This document shows, one piece after another, positions 46,786 through 58,301 of a stretch of 64,000 nt of DNA (within the stretch, counting starts at the first letter, position 1; the number at the start of each line of letters is the position of its first letter). The notes under the pieces were generated by a model, which was not told the DNA's origin, did not search any database, and saw only the letters and a program-made list of their open reading frames with translations. This stretch comes from an uncultured Pseudomonadota bacterium (lineage in GTDB: Bacteria > Myxococcota_A > UBA796 > SXON01): the NCBI GenBank assembly GCA_903885375.1, contig CAISIK010000223.1:1443-65442 (forward strand). Reading direction: 5' to 3'. The translations under genes and the position numbers were made by a program.

Positions 46786-48960
46786 TTACTTGTGCTCGTT
46801 CATGAAGACGTAGGCCGCGCCTTCCTTGTACTCGGAGGCGTCCTCCTGCTCGGGATCGCCGGCCGCGTAGTCCACATCGCCATCGCCATCGATGTCGGCG
46901 CCGAGCGGCGCCATCCCTTCGGCGAACGCGGCGTTGAGCCCATCGGCGCTGCCGCCCACGTAGCCCCCGTAGAACTCGCCCTCTGCGTAGTCGAGCGAAG
47001 AACCGGAGGGGGCGCAGCAGAGCTCGGAGTCGATCCAGGCGAGCGCGCCGAGGCTGTAGGTGGGCAGGCTCACGAACATGTCGTCGATGCCATCACCGCC
47101 GAAGTCGCCGCCGCGGCGGATCGCCGCGATGTCCGTGGAGCCCCATTCGTAGGACATGAGGGGCTCGTTCTGGTCGACCGTGCCGGAGCGGAGGTAGGCC
47201 CCGCCCGGGAAGGCTTCGAGCGAGGAGGCATCGCTGTACACCCAGATTTCCGGAACGCCATCGCCGGTGAGGTCGGGGCCGACCTGGCTCGCCGTGCCGA
47301 AGCCGGCCGAGCTGCTGGCGCCCTGGCCGATCATGGTGCTGACGCTGTTGAAGGAGCTGGTGCCGGCGTAGCGCGAGGGCTGGCCCCACACGACCCACAC
47401 GGCGCCCGCATCGGTGGAGGGGCTGTCGACCCCGCCGTCGGAGAACATCAGGTCGTCGTAGCCATCGCCATCGAGGTCGGCGCCCACACCCATGTTCTCG
47501 TAGAAGGTCTCGGAGGTGCCGGTGTAGCTCCAGCGGGCGTCGGTGCTGGAGGTGCCCACGCTGCCGCCGGAACCGCCGTACTCAACCGCCACGGCGTTGT
47601 TCGACGAGCTGGTGTAACTGGCCACCAGCTCGCTCATGCCATCACCATCGAGGTCCACGTTGGTGGCCACGCCGCGGCCGGCGTACTCGCCCGAGCTGCC
47701 CGACAGGGTGACGAGCGCATCGGAGGTGTCTCGCCCCCGCATCACGTCGTCGCCGGAGATGAGGTACACGGCGCCGCCATTGCTGTTGATCGCCAGGGCC
47801 GAGATGGCGAGCTCGGGGATGGAGTCGCCGTCGTAGTCGCCCATGACCGTCACGAAGTTGCCGAGCCCGTCGGAGGACGAGCTGCCCTGGATCTCCTCGT
47901 CGGCATCCCCGAGGTCGGTGGAGGCCAGGATGTCGGTGCCGCCGGCGAAGATGCCCACCATGCCGCGACCGTTCGCGGCGGGGCTCGTGGCGTTGTAGTA
48001 GGGCGCCCCGACGATCACCTCGGCGAAGCCATCGCTGTCGAGGTCGCCGAGGGCGAGGGAGTAGCCGGCGCGGTCGTGGCTGCCGCGGCCTACGTACACC
48101 CGCTCGCTGAGCATGGCATCGCAGGAGGTGTCCACCTCGCCATCGCAGTCATCGTCCTTGCCGTTGAGCTGCTCGTCGGAGCTGATGTTCACGTTGGGGT
48201 CGTAATCATCGCAGTCGAGGCCCTTGCCATAGTCGGAAGAGCGCGAGCCATCCCCATCGAAGTCGTAGTCATCCGCACCATCGCAGTTGGTGTCGGCGTT
48301 GTCGTAGGGCTCATCGGCCGCGTAGGGGTGGTACTCGGTGTTGCTGTCCTGGCAATCGCCGCCGCCCGCCGCCGGGTTGTCGTTGTGGTGGTCGGACTCG
48401 TAGCCGTCACCATCCTGATCGTAGTCGGAGAGACCATCACAGTTCTGATCGACGCCGTCGTACCAGACCTCGCTGGCGCCGGGGTTCACGTCGATCGCGT
48501 CGTCGTCGCAATCGGTGCCGCCCGCATCGACGAGGTCGTACCCATCGCCGTCGGAGTCGGCGTTCACGGACGCGATCAGGGAAACCACCGCCTCGGGGAG
48601 GTCGGGATCGTTCGAGGTGAAGGTGAGGGAGGCATCGAGCTCGCCGTACTGGAGCGCGGAGAGGCCAACCACGATCTGCGTGGTGTTGCCGGGCGCGATG
48701 GTGGCGCTCAGCGGGTTCACCGTGAAGGGCGTGTCGGCGGTGATGGCGTTCACGACCAGATCGGCCGCACCACCGTTGGTCAGGCTCATGTGGCCCTGGT
48801 AGGCCTTGCCGTACTCCACGACACCGAAGTCGATCTCGCTCACATCGAGCTGGATGACGGGGTCTTCCTCCACGACGGGCGCCGTGTCGCCCCCGCCGCT
48901 CCCCGGGTTGATGATCGAGTCGTCGCAGGCCACCAGCAGCATCAGGATCGAGGAAAGCAC
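46786..48960 (-). CDS. Surface lipoprotein with Ig-like domain, DCDD (MopE-related metal-binding) repeats and FG-GAP/integrin-alpha-like repeats
   Basis: Lipobox LVAC; IDFG...TNGG...SNDPD; DxDGDG..DCDD....NPG..E..DG.D.NCDG; GDLDSDG...VGAP; GGAGG RBS favours GTG 48960. Confidence 0.85.
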   Translation of the reverse strand: MLSSILMLLVACDDSIINPGSGGGDTAPVVEEDPVIQLDVSEIDFGVVEYGKAYQGHMSLTNGGAADLVVNAITADTPFTVNPLSATIAPGNTTQIVVGLSALQYGELDASLTFTSNDPDLPEAVVSLIASVNADSDGDGYDLVDAGGTDCDDDAIDVNPGASEVWYDGVDQNCDGLSDYDQDGDGYESDHHNDNPAAGGGDCQDSNTEYHPYAADEPYDNADTNCDGADDYDFDGDGSRSSDYGKGLDCDDYDPNVNISSDEQLNGKDDDCDGEVDTSCDAMLSERVYVGRGSHDRAGYSLALGDLDSDGFAEVIVGAPYYNATSPAANGRGMVGIFAGGTDILASTDLGDADEEIQGSSSSDGLGNFVTVMGDYDGDSIPELAISALAINSNGGAVYLISGDDVMRGRDTSDALVTLSGSSGEYAGRGVATNVDLDGDGMSELVASYTSSSNNAVAVEYGGSGGSVGTSSTDARWSYTGTSETFYENMGVGADLDGDGYDDLMFSDGGVDSPSTDAGAVWVVWGQPSRYAGTSSFNSVSTMIGQGASSSAGFGTASQVGPDLTGDGVPEIWVYSDASSLEAFPGGAYLRSGTVDQNEPLMSYEWGSTDIAAIRRGGDFGGDGIDDMFVSLPTYSLGALAWIDSELCCAPSGSSLDYAEGEFYGGYVGGSADGLNAAFAEGMAPLGADIDGDGDVDYAAGDPEQEDASEYKEGAAYVFMNEHK

Positions 48961-49040
48961 GACCACCTCCGGAACGGCCCACAGGATACCTTGCTCGCTC
49001 GCGCCGCGCCCCTCGATTTTGCAGCGCCTGGAGCCCCCGA

Positions 49041-49355
49041 GTGTCCGACCGTCTCGCCGCCGCCCGCGCCTACGTGGCGAACAAGCCCACCGATCGTTTC
49101 GGTCTCTACGCGCTCGCCATGGAGCTCCGCAAGACCCGGGAGTGGCCGGACTGCTTCACGGCGTTCGACAACCTTCTTTCGCACCACCCCCAAAATGGGG
49201 CCGGGTACTACCACTACGGGATGGCGAAGAAAGAGTCGGGCGACGTCGAAGGTGCCCGCAAGGTCTGGGAGGCCGGTGTGGCGGCCTGCACCGGCCGTGA
49301 TGCCCACGCCGTGGCAGAGATTACCGAAGCGCTCGAGTCCCTCGCCGACGAGTAG
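49041..49355 (+). CDS. Small tetratricopeptide repeat protein
   Basis: P.D.FGLYALAME...P....YYH.G...A...W..G...D.HA..E pattern; GGAG RBS. Confidence 0.8.
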   Translation: MSDRLAAARAYVANKPTDRFGLYALAMELRKTREWPDCFTAFDNLLSHHPQNGAGYYHYGMAKKESGDVEGARKVWEAGVAACTGRDAHAVAEITEALESLADE

Positions 49356-49358
49356 GGC

Positions 49359-49967
49359 TCACTCCGGCAGCGCCCCCGCGCCCGCTGCCTCCACGCCCGC
49401 CACGGCCCGCGGCACGAGGTCCACGTTGTCGCAGCGCTCGAGCTCCGTCGTGGCGCCCCACTCGCCGAGGTCGAGGGTGAGGCCCACGACGCCGGCATCC
49501 GGGCGGACGTGGGCCTCGCCGTGCAGCCGATCGTCCACCTCCACCTCCGTCGGCACCCAGGCGTGAAGCGCCTCGGTGGACTCCTCCACCGCCGCCTCCA
49601 CCACCCGGATCGCCACGGCGCTGCCCGTGCCCACCGACCCGTTCAGCGACAGCGGCCCCCCCACCTCGAAGTCCTCGGTCTCGCCGGCCCCCGAGAGGAC
49701 GAGGAGCAGGAGCGCCGCCCCCTCGCGGTTCAGCGCCGCTCCCAGCTCCGCCTCCCACCAGGCCTCCGCGCTCGCCGCTTCATCCGCCTTCGTGCGCGGG
49801 TCGTCGTCCACCACCGCCGGCTCGCACGGCACCGGCGAGTTGGCCACCAGGGCCACCACCGTGCCGGGGCTGTTCGCGAACGCGCCCTCCAGCCACAGCC
49901 CGCCGCGCACGCGCTCCTCCCCGTCGGGGGTGGCGAGCGCACCGCAGCCGAGGAGCACGAGCAGCAT
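49359..49967 (-). CDS. Hypothetical lipoprotein
   Basis: MLLVLLGC lipobox; ATG 49967 overlaps upstream TGA. Confidence 0.65.
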   Translation of the reverse strand: MLLVLLGCGALATPDGEERVRGGLWLEGAFANSPGTVVALVANSPVPCEPAVVDDDPRTKADEAASAEAWWEAELGAALNREGAALLLLVLSGAGETEDFEVGGPLSLNGSVGTGSAVAIRVVEAAVEESTEALHAWVPTEVEVDDRLHGEAHVRPDAGVVGLTLDLGEWGATTELERCDNVDLVPRAVAGVEAAGAGALPE

Positions 49968-50710
49968 CAGAAGCTGCCCGCCGCGCGGGGGCGAACGGGG
50001 AGGCCGACCGCGGCGCTGGCGGCGGCGTGGAGCGCGTCGGCGCGGGCCTGATCCCCGCTGTTCCAGCGCCGGAGGTACACGGCGTCGCGGTCCATGGCGG
50101 GCCACTCGGCGGTGAGCTGGGGCTCGCGGCCGGCGGCGCGGAGCCGCGGCATCCAGAAGTCCACGAAGGTTGCGGCCTCGTGCACGTTCTCCTCCTGCAC
50201 CACGAAGGCCACGTGGGCCACGGGCCGGGCCGCGCTCCCGCGCACCTCGAGGAAACGTTCCACGTTGCGGAACGACAACTCCCGGCGATCGGCGCCCTTC
50301 ACCCGCGTGTACACCCCCGGCGAGAAGGCATCGAGGCTGAAGTGGATCGCGAGGAAGGTGTCGGCCGCCGCCGAACGGTCCGACGCCAGCCGGGTGAGGA
50401 GCGACGCCCGCGACTCGGGGAAGATCACCGCGTTCGTGTGCAGCTTGAAGTGCCGGAAGCGCCGGTTGCCCACGTTCTCCGCGAAGGCGTGCTCCACGAA
50501 GCGGTCGAACTCCGGGTGGAGCGTGGGCTCGCCGAGCCAGTGGGGGCAGAGCGTCACGTCGTCGAGGTCGGAGAGGCCCGCCACGGCGTGCTGCCAGGTG
50601 GCGAAGTCCATGAAGCGGTGCGGCGCGCCGTGCGCCTCCTCGCGCAGGGACTGGCTGCACATGCGGCACCGCAGGTTGCAGTGGTCGGTGAGCTCGAGGT
50701 TCACGTTCAT
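49967..50710 (-). CDS. Radical SAM protein (no SPASM domain)
   Basis: ELTDHCNLRCRMC, GEPTLHP, LHTNA, FSLDA; ATGA coupling. Confidence 0.9.
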   Translation of the reverse strand: MNVNLELTDHCNLRCRMCSQSLREEAHGAPHRFMDFATWQHAVAGLSDLDDVTLCPHWLGEPTLHPEFDRFVEHAFAENVGNRRFRHFKLHTNAVIFPESRASLLTRLASDRSAAADTFLAIHFSLDAFSPGVYTRVKGADRRELSFRNVERFLEVRGSAARPVAHVAFVVQEENVHEAATFVDFWMPRLRAAGREPQLTAEWPAMDRDAVYLRRWNSGDQARADALHAAASAAVGLPVRPRAAGSF

Positions 50711-51777
50711 GCAGCCCCCGCCGGGAGGCGCGCCCGGATGGCCCGCTCGTGGGCGAGGAGGTTCTCGCTGCACTCCACGCACCGGCCCGCGGGCCGCCCC
50801 GCCAGCATGCTCGTGCGCACGCCCGAAAGGAACGCATCGCCCTCCCACACCTCGGCGAGGCTCCGGTTGGCCACGCTCCCCCCCTCCCCGGCCAGCACGC
50901 AGCACGGCGCCACCCGGCCATCGGCGCTCACGGCAAGATGGTGCCAGGCCTTCAGGCAGGGCGCCGCAGCGTAGCCCTTCCCCTCCCCGCGCTCCGGGGC
51001 GTGCACCCCGCGCTCCACGCTCCGATCGTCGAGGAAACGGCCGAAGGTCGTGCGCACCCCGAGGCGGGCGCCCTCGGCCATCCCCTCCTCGAGCCGGGCC
51101 CGCAGCCGGCCGCGCTCCGACGGGCCGAGCGCGTGCGCCGCCTGCTCGGGGCGGTACGCCACGAGGGCATCGAGCTCCACGGCGCCGGCCCCGAGGGCGG
51201 CGGCCAGCCGCACGAGCGCGGGCAGCTCGTCCACGTTTTCGCGGGTGAGCACCGTGTGGAGGGCGAGCCGCGGGCCGCGGCCCGCGGCGAGGGTGGCCGC
51301 GCGCAGGGCGCAGACGTGCTTCACGGTGCGGTCGAACGCGCCGCGGTTACCGCGCAGGTAGTCGTGTGTGCGTGCGCGCGCTCCGTCGATCGACACGTGC
51401 ACCTCGTCCCACCCCATCTCCACGAGCGCCGCGCGGGTGGGGGCGCCGAGCAGGGTGCCGTTGGTGGTGAGCATTCCGCGGAGGCCGTGGGCCTTCACCC
51501 GCCGCATCACCTCCACCGTGTGCGGCGCGAGAAGCGGCTCCCCGCCGCCGAGCACCATCACCTGCTCCACGCCGAGGGCCGCCGCTTCGTCGACCAGCGC
51601 GAGCATCCGGGCGGCCGGGAGCTCGCCCACCGGGCGGGCGTGCCGCAGGGTGGTGTCGCAGAACCGGCACGAGAGGTTGCAGGCGAGCGTGGGGTAGAGC
51701 TCGAGCGTAAAGGGGCCGCGCACGCCGCCGCGGTCGCGCTCCACGATGCGGGCTGCGATGCGCTCGACCTCGTCCAC
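50707..51777 (-). CDS. Radical SAM / SPASM(twitch)-domain protein
   Basis: CNLSCRFC, GGGEP, TTNG, VSIDG; C-terminal C..AW......DG...PCC...C..C. Confidence 0.92.
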   Translation of the reverse strand: MDEVERIAARIVERDRGGVRGPFTLELYPTLACNLSCRFCDTTLRHARPVGELPAARMLALVDEAAALGVEQVMVLGGGEPLLAPHTVEVMRRVKAHGLRGMLTTNGTLLGAPTRAALVEMGWDEVHVSIDGARARTHDYLRGNRGAFDRTVKHVCALRAATLAAGRGPRLALHTVLTRENVDELPALVRLAAALGAGAVELDALVAYRPEQAAHALGPSERGRLRARLEEGMAEGARLGVRTTFGRFLDDRSVERGVHAPERGEGKGYAAAPCLKAWHHLAVSADGRVAPCCVLAGEGGSVANRSLAEVWEGDAFLSGVRTSMLAGRPAGRCVECSENLLAHERAIRARLPAGAA

Positions 51778-51824
51778 CCCCCGAGCGTAATCGCCATCGC
51801 CCGATTCTGCGGTACACTGGCCCG

Positions 51825-52265
51825 ATGCCGCGCCTCCCGTTCTTGTTTCTGCTGACCGCCGCCTGCGACACCAACGCCGGGCTCGATTCCGACACCGCCC
51901 CCGAGTTCTGCACCGTGATCGAACACGACGGGGAGATGTGGCTCGAGTCCACGAGCGATGCCGCGGCCGGCAGCGGCTCCCTTGATCTGCGCGTGATCAC
52001 CGACCAGAGCGACGATGTGAACGACCCCTACTACGTGGCCTACCGCAACTACGCGCTCGAGCCGGCCGAGACCGGCGGCGTGCAGACCACGGGCACCACC
52101 AGCGGCGACGGTCTGGTGCAGAAGACCCTCGGCGCCGGCGTATGGACGTTCGAGGCCACCTGGACGCGCGGCAGCGTCACCTGCGTGGCCGCCACCGACG
52201 CGCTCCTGATCAACTCCGGTGAGACCACCCACGCGTGCGTGGTGCTCACCTGCCCACAGGGTTAG
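51825..52265 (+). CDS. Hypothetical lipoprotein
   Basis: Lipobox LTAAC; beta-rich with several Cys. Confidence 0.7.
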   Translation: MPRLPFLFLLTAACDTNAGLDSDTAPEFCTVIEHDGEMWLESTSDAAAGSGSLDLRVITDQSDDVNDPYYVAYRNYALEPAETGGVQTTGTTSGDGLVQKTLGAGVWTFEATWTRGSVTCVAATDALLINSGETTHACVVLTCPQG

Positions 52266-52293
52266 CCGACCGGGCCGCCAACCCGGAGCGCAG

Positions 52294-54495
<2,202 letters not shown>

Positions 54496-54609
54496 ACCCA
54501 CGGGCCGGCGCGGCGCAACCGGCTCCTCTTCGGGCCGGGGCGGGACCGCGCCGGGGCGCCGCTGGGGTGCACCTCGGACGCGCTTCGGCCCGCAAAGCCG
54601 CCGCCTCGG

Positions 54610-55065
54610 CTGCGAGCCATGCCTCCAGAGCATCCAGATCACGGGCGAGGGGTTCTGCCACCGCGAGCGCCTCAGCCCGGAGCCGGCCCAGCGCCACGGG
54701 GTTGAGCTCGGTATCATACGCGTGCCGAACCACGTGACGGAAGCCACGCAGGTCGTGCAGTGGCGAGGCGATGACGCGATCGAATATTCCTGACATCACC
54801 TCAGGAATGTCGCGAAATGCACCATCCAAAGCTCGCGCTGCCACTCGCCGGACTCCTGCACGCCGCCCTCGAGCGTCCGAGCGATCCGGGCAAGAATCGA
54901 CTCGACGGCGCAGTAGGCGTGGTGCAGACCGCAGGCAACGAGCGCGCTCCGGCCTGCGCTGACATCCACCTGGGGATCATGCTCGGCCAGCACCCCGAGG
55001 TGCTTGGCAAACGCACCGCGATCACCCGCGATATCCGCCCGAAGGCGCTGGATTCGTGGATTCAC
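54610..55065 (-). pseudogene. HepT-like (HEPN) ribonuclease toxin, frameshifted
   Basis: GTG 55065; LHHAYCAVESIL.RIA...WQREL, frame break at 54828-54830, then LDGAF...LRGFRHVVRHAY (Rx4H); no stop where expected, so 3' end is approximate. Confidence 0.8.
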
Positions 55066-55413
55066 CGACGCAGACCCTCCCGGCGGATCCGGTCGCCGAA
55101 CGCCGGCGCGGCTTCCTCGAGGCGGACGAGGTCCACCGAGCATGGAAGATTCGCCGACATCCAGCCCAACGCGGCGACATAGGCTTCCCCAGACATGCCG
55201 CCGACCGCGAGACGGACGTCGCTGGCCTTGTGCACCTCGCCGGCCACCAGGGAACCGAACAACCAGATTTCCTCGGCCCCCGAGGGAGCGCAGCGCCTCC
55301 GCGGCGCCGGGAAGCAGCGCGTGCAGGTCCCGCGCGCGCTCTTGTGCCCGACGTGCCCGCGTGGCGGCGGAGGGGCGCAGCGGGCGGGCAGCGGTCGCGG
55401 CGCGCCGCCCCAC
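55062..55413 (-). pseudogene. MNT-type nucleotidyltransferase antitoxin, frameshifted
   Basis: LPGAAEALRSLG | AEEIWLFGSL...SDVRLAV...VDLVRLE...IRREG; extra base in the run at 55277-55281; GTGA overlap with the toxin; 5' end approximate. Confidence 0.78.
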
Positions 55414-55417
55414 GCGC

Positions 55418-56143
55418 TCACCCCCGGATCAGCGGCACCATCACCACCTCGGGCACCACGTACCGGTCGGACTTTCGCGCGACCTCCACCACCGTCTCCG
55501 CGACCTCCTCGGGGCGCATGAAGTCCGTGGTGGGGTCGATGCCGGCGGGGAAGGGGTAGTAGTCCATGGCCCGCCAGAAGGGGGTGTCGATCCCGCCGGG
55601 GCACACGCAGGTCACCCGCACGTTGTGGGGCGCCGCTTCGAGGCGAAGCGTGCCGGTGAACCCGTTCACGGCCCACTTCGAGGCGTTGTACACGGCCTCG
55701 TTGGGCAGATGCAGCTTGCCCGCGATGCTGGAGATGTTGATGATGAGGCCCGAGCCCTGCGCCTTCATCACCCGGAACGCTGCCTGGCTGCCGAAGATGA
55801 CGCCCTTCACGTTGGTGTCGATCATGGCGTGAACGGCATCGGGCGAGGTGCCCTCCACCGGGCCGTACACCGCGAGGCCGGCGTTGTTGATCATGATGTC
55901 GAGGCGGCCGAACTCGGCCACGGCGGCCTCCACGAGGCGGTCGCAGTCCACCGGGAGGCGCACGTCGGTCTGCACCGAAACGGCGTTGCCGAGGCGGGAG
56001 GCGAGCTCGTCGATCTCCGCGCTGCTGCGGGCGCCGAGCACGAGGCTCGCGCCTTCGGCGGAGAACTGCTCGGCGAGCGCGCGGCCGAGGCCGCGACCGG
56101 CGCCGGTGATCACCACGACCCGACCGTGAAAGGGCTTCTTCAT
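55418..56143 (-). CDS. SDR family oxidoreductase
   Basis: TGAGRGLG, NNAG, NISS, YNASK; ATGA coupling. Confidence 0.93.
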   Translation of the reverse strand: MKKPFHGRVVVITGAGRGLGRALAEQFSAEGASLVLGARSSAEIDELASRLGNAVSVQTDVRLPVDCDRLVEAAVAEFGRLDIMINNAGLAVYGPVEGTSPDAVHAMIDTNVKGVIFGSQAAFRVMKAQGSGLIINISSIAGKLHLPNEAVYNASKWAVNGFTGTLRLEAAPHNVRVTCVCPGGIDTPFWRAMDYYPFPAGIDPTTDFMRPEEVAETVVEVARKSDRYVVPEVVMVPLIRG

Positions 56144-56790
56144 GCGAGCTCCAGGAAGGCCGACACGGCCCGTTCGATGCCGAGGGCCACATCGGAGATG
56201 CGGGCGTGGAACATGTAGGCGGGCGCGGTGACGAGCTTGCGCTCCCGGTCCACGTGGATCTCGGTGACGGTGCAGGCGGCGTGCCCGCCGCCCATCGCCT
56301 CGATCGCCGCGGCCGTGCCATCGTCGTTGCCGATGGTCACGCTCCCCTCGCGGAGCGCGGCCACGACCACCACCGGCGCGATGCACACCGCTCCGATGGG
56401 CTTGCCTGCCGCGCGGAAGGCCCGAAGGAGCTCCCCGAGCTCCGGGTGCACCGTGGCGCCGGCCCCCGCGAACGCCACCGTGGACAGGTTCTTGGCCGCC
56501 CCGAAGCCGCCGGGGAGCCAGATGCCGTCGAAGTCCTCGACGCGCACCGAAGCCAGCGGCACGATGGCGCCCCGGGCGATGCGCGCCGCTTCGGCGAGCA
56601 CGTTGCGGGATTCGCCAGTCACCGTCCCCGTGGTGTGGTTCACGACGTGGTGCTGCGGCTGGTCGGGCGCCGCGCATTGCACGGTGGCGCCCGCGCGGTC
56701 CAGCGCGAGCAGCGACACCACCGACTCGGTGATCTCGCTGCCATCGAGGTGGCCGCAGCCACTCAGTACCACCAGGATCCGCTTGCTCAT
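56140..56790 (-). CDS. elbB: DJ-1/PfpI-family glyoxalase ElbB
   Basis: VLSGCG.LDGSEI.E, RNVL.EAARIARG, PGGFGAAKNL, CIAP, TAPAYM; GGAG RBS. Confidence 0.92.
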   Translation of the reverse strand: MSKRILVVLSGCGHLDGSEITESVVSLLALDRAGATVQCAAPDQPQHHVVNHTTGTVTGESRNVLAEAARIARGAIVPLASVRVEDFDGIWLPGGFGAAKNLSTVAFAGAGATVHPELGELLRAFRAAGKPIGAVCIAPVVVVAALREGSVTIGNDDGTAAAIEAMGGGHAACTVTEIHVDRERKLVTAPAYMFHARISDVALGIERAVSAFLELA

Positions 56791-56818
56791 CTGACGCTCC
56801 GCGGTCAATCGTAGCCCG

Positions 56819-58294
56819 TTGCGCGGGTTAGCACCGGCCGTGCTCCTGCTCGTCGCCCTCGCCGCCGCCAGCCCCGACGACGAGGTCGCGCGCGCGGCCG
56901 CGCGGAAGGTGGTGCTCGATGAGGGGCTCGATGCCTTCGGGGGTCTGGCCGCCGAGAGTGATGCCCGCGCTGCGGCCGCCCTGGGGGATTGCGCGAAGGG
57001 CGGCGAATGGGCCGAGGCGCTGCTCGCCGCCGCCTGCGCGCGCGACCTGGGGAGCCTCCAGCCCACCGCATCCCTGCGCCTCGGCGGCGCCCTCACCGCC
57101 GGCACGGCCGACCCGGTGAACGCCGCAGGCGACCGCACCGACGAGGCGTTCGGCGCCCGCGTGGGCCTCCGCGGCGAGGTCCAATCGGGCCCGATGGTGG
57201 CGCGCGTTCACGGCAGCCTCGGCCTCGATGCCGCGCCGGGCCTCGTTCCCACCGCGGTCCTGCCCGAGGCGTGGATCGGCTACGACAGCGGCAGCCACTG
57301 GCTGGGCTTCGGCCAGCAGTCCCGGTGGCTCGGCCCCGGCCAACACGGCACGCTCGTGCTCTCCGACAACGCCACCCCGCCGTGGATGGTCAACGGCGGG
57401 CTCGAGGGCCACCTGCCCGGCGTGCTCGGCAAGGCCGGTCGGTTCCGCGCCGAGCTCGGCGTGGGGGTGCTCCAGGAGCCTCGGGAGGACGTCACCCTCC
57501 CCGGCCTCCTGATGATGGATGTGCGGTGGATGCCCCACCCGGTGTTCGAGCTCGGCATCAGCCGGCTCAGCATCTTCGGCGGCGAGGGCCGCCCCGCGGT
57601 GGACCTCGGGCAGTTGCTCGTGCCCAGCGAGCCCCACGTGTACGACGATCCCGACAAGGAGCTGCCCGACCAGAACGAGCTGGCCGCGCTCAGCTTCCGC
57701 GGGAACCTGCCGCTTCACCGCTGGTTCGGCGGGCCGCTCGGCCACCTCTCCGGCTGGTGGGAGTACGGCGGCGAGGACATGATCGTGCGCCAGATCGGCA
57801 CCGTCGACTACCCGGCGCTGGCCGGCGTGGCGAACCTGTACGGCGGCGAGCTGGCAGTGGGTCCGGTGGTGGCCACGGCAGAGTACGCGCGGCTGATGGA
57901 CGACAGCTTCCGCTGGTACGTGGGGCACCGCGTGTACCACGATGGCTTCACGCAGAACGGGCTTGTGACCGGCCACTTCGGCGGCCCCGACAGCGAAACG
58001 GCGACGGCCTCCGTGGCGGTGTGGGGCAACGGCTGGCGGGCGCGTGCGCTGGGCGCGTCGGTGCGCCGGGTGGCGGTTGTCGACACCCAGAGCGGCACCG
58101 TCGCCACGCTCCGCCACGAAGAGTCGCAGCTCCGGGGCAGCGTGGGCGCCGACGTCCTCGTGGGCGGCTACTGGCTCAACGCCGGCTACACGGCCGTGGC
58201 CTACACCAACAAGGACTTCATCGGCGGCAACGACCCGCTCGAGCACCGGGTGGTGCTGGCGATCGCCGCCTCGCCCGAGCTCTTGAAGCGCTGA
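56819..58294 (+). CDS. Capsule assembly Wzi-family outer membrane protein
   Basis: G.QSRWLGPG.HG.L.LSDNA, QNELA, EYGGED, VY..GFT..G...GH..G.DS; start TTG 56819 or GTG 56840. Confidence 0.75.
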   Translation: MRGLAPAVLLLVALAAASPDDEVARAAARKVVLDEGLDAFGGLAAESDARAAAALGDCAKGGEWAEALLAAACARDLGSLQPTASLRLGGALTAGTADPVNAAGDRTDEAFGARVGLRGEVQSGPMVARVHGSLGLDAAPGLVPTAVLPEAWIGYDSGSHWLGFGQQSRWLGPGQHGTLVLSDNATPPWMVNGGLEGHLPGVLGKAGRFRAELGVGVLQEPREDVTLPGLLMMDVRWMPHPVFELGISRLSIFGGEGRPAVDLGQLLVPSEPHVYDDPDKELPDQNELAALSFRGNLPLHRWFGGPLGHLSGWWEYGGEDMIVRQIGTVDYPALAGVANLYGGELAVGPVVATAEYARLMDDSFRWYVGHRVYHDGFTQNGLVTGHFGGPDSETATASVAVWGNGWRARALGASVRRVAVVDTQSGTVATLRHEESQLRGSVGADVLVGGYWLNAGYTAVAYTNKDFIGGNDPLEHRVVLAIAASPELLKR

Positions 58295-58301
58295 GCGCGC
58301 C

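Noticed and set aside
49041-49355. RiPP precursor for the radical SAM pair
   Set aside because: TPR-like helical protein on the opposite strand with no leader/core pattern
54796-55413. 205-aa ORF as a genuine gene
   Set aside because: Chimera of the MNT 5' part, out-of-frame sequence and the HEPN 5' part, created by frameshifts
56140-56790. Myxobacterial ether-lipid elb gene
   Set aside because: Name coincidence only; the motifs are those of the DJ-1/PfpI glyoxalase ElbB
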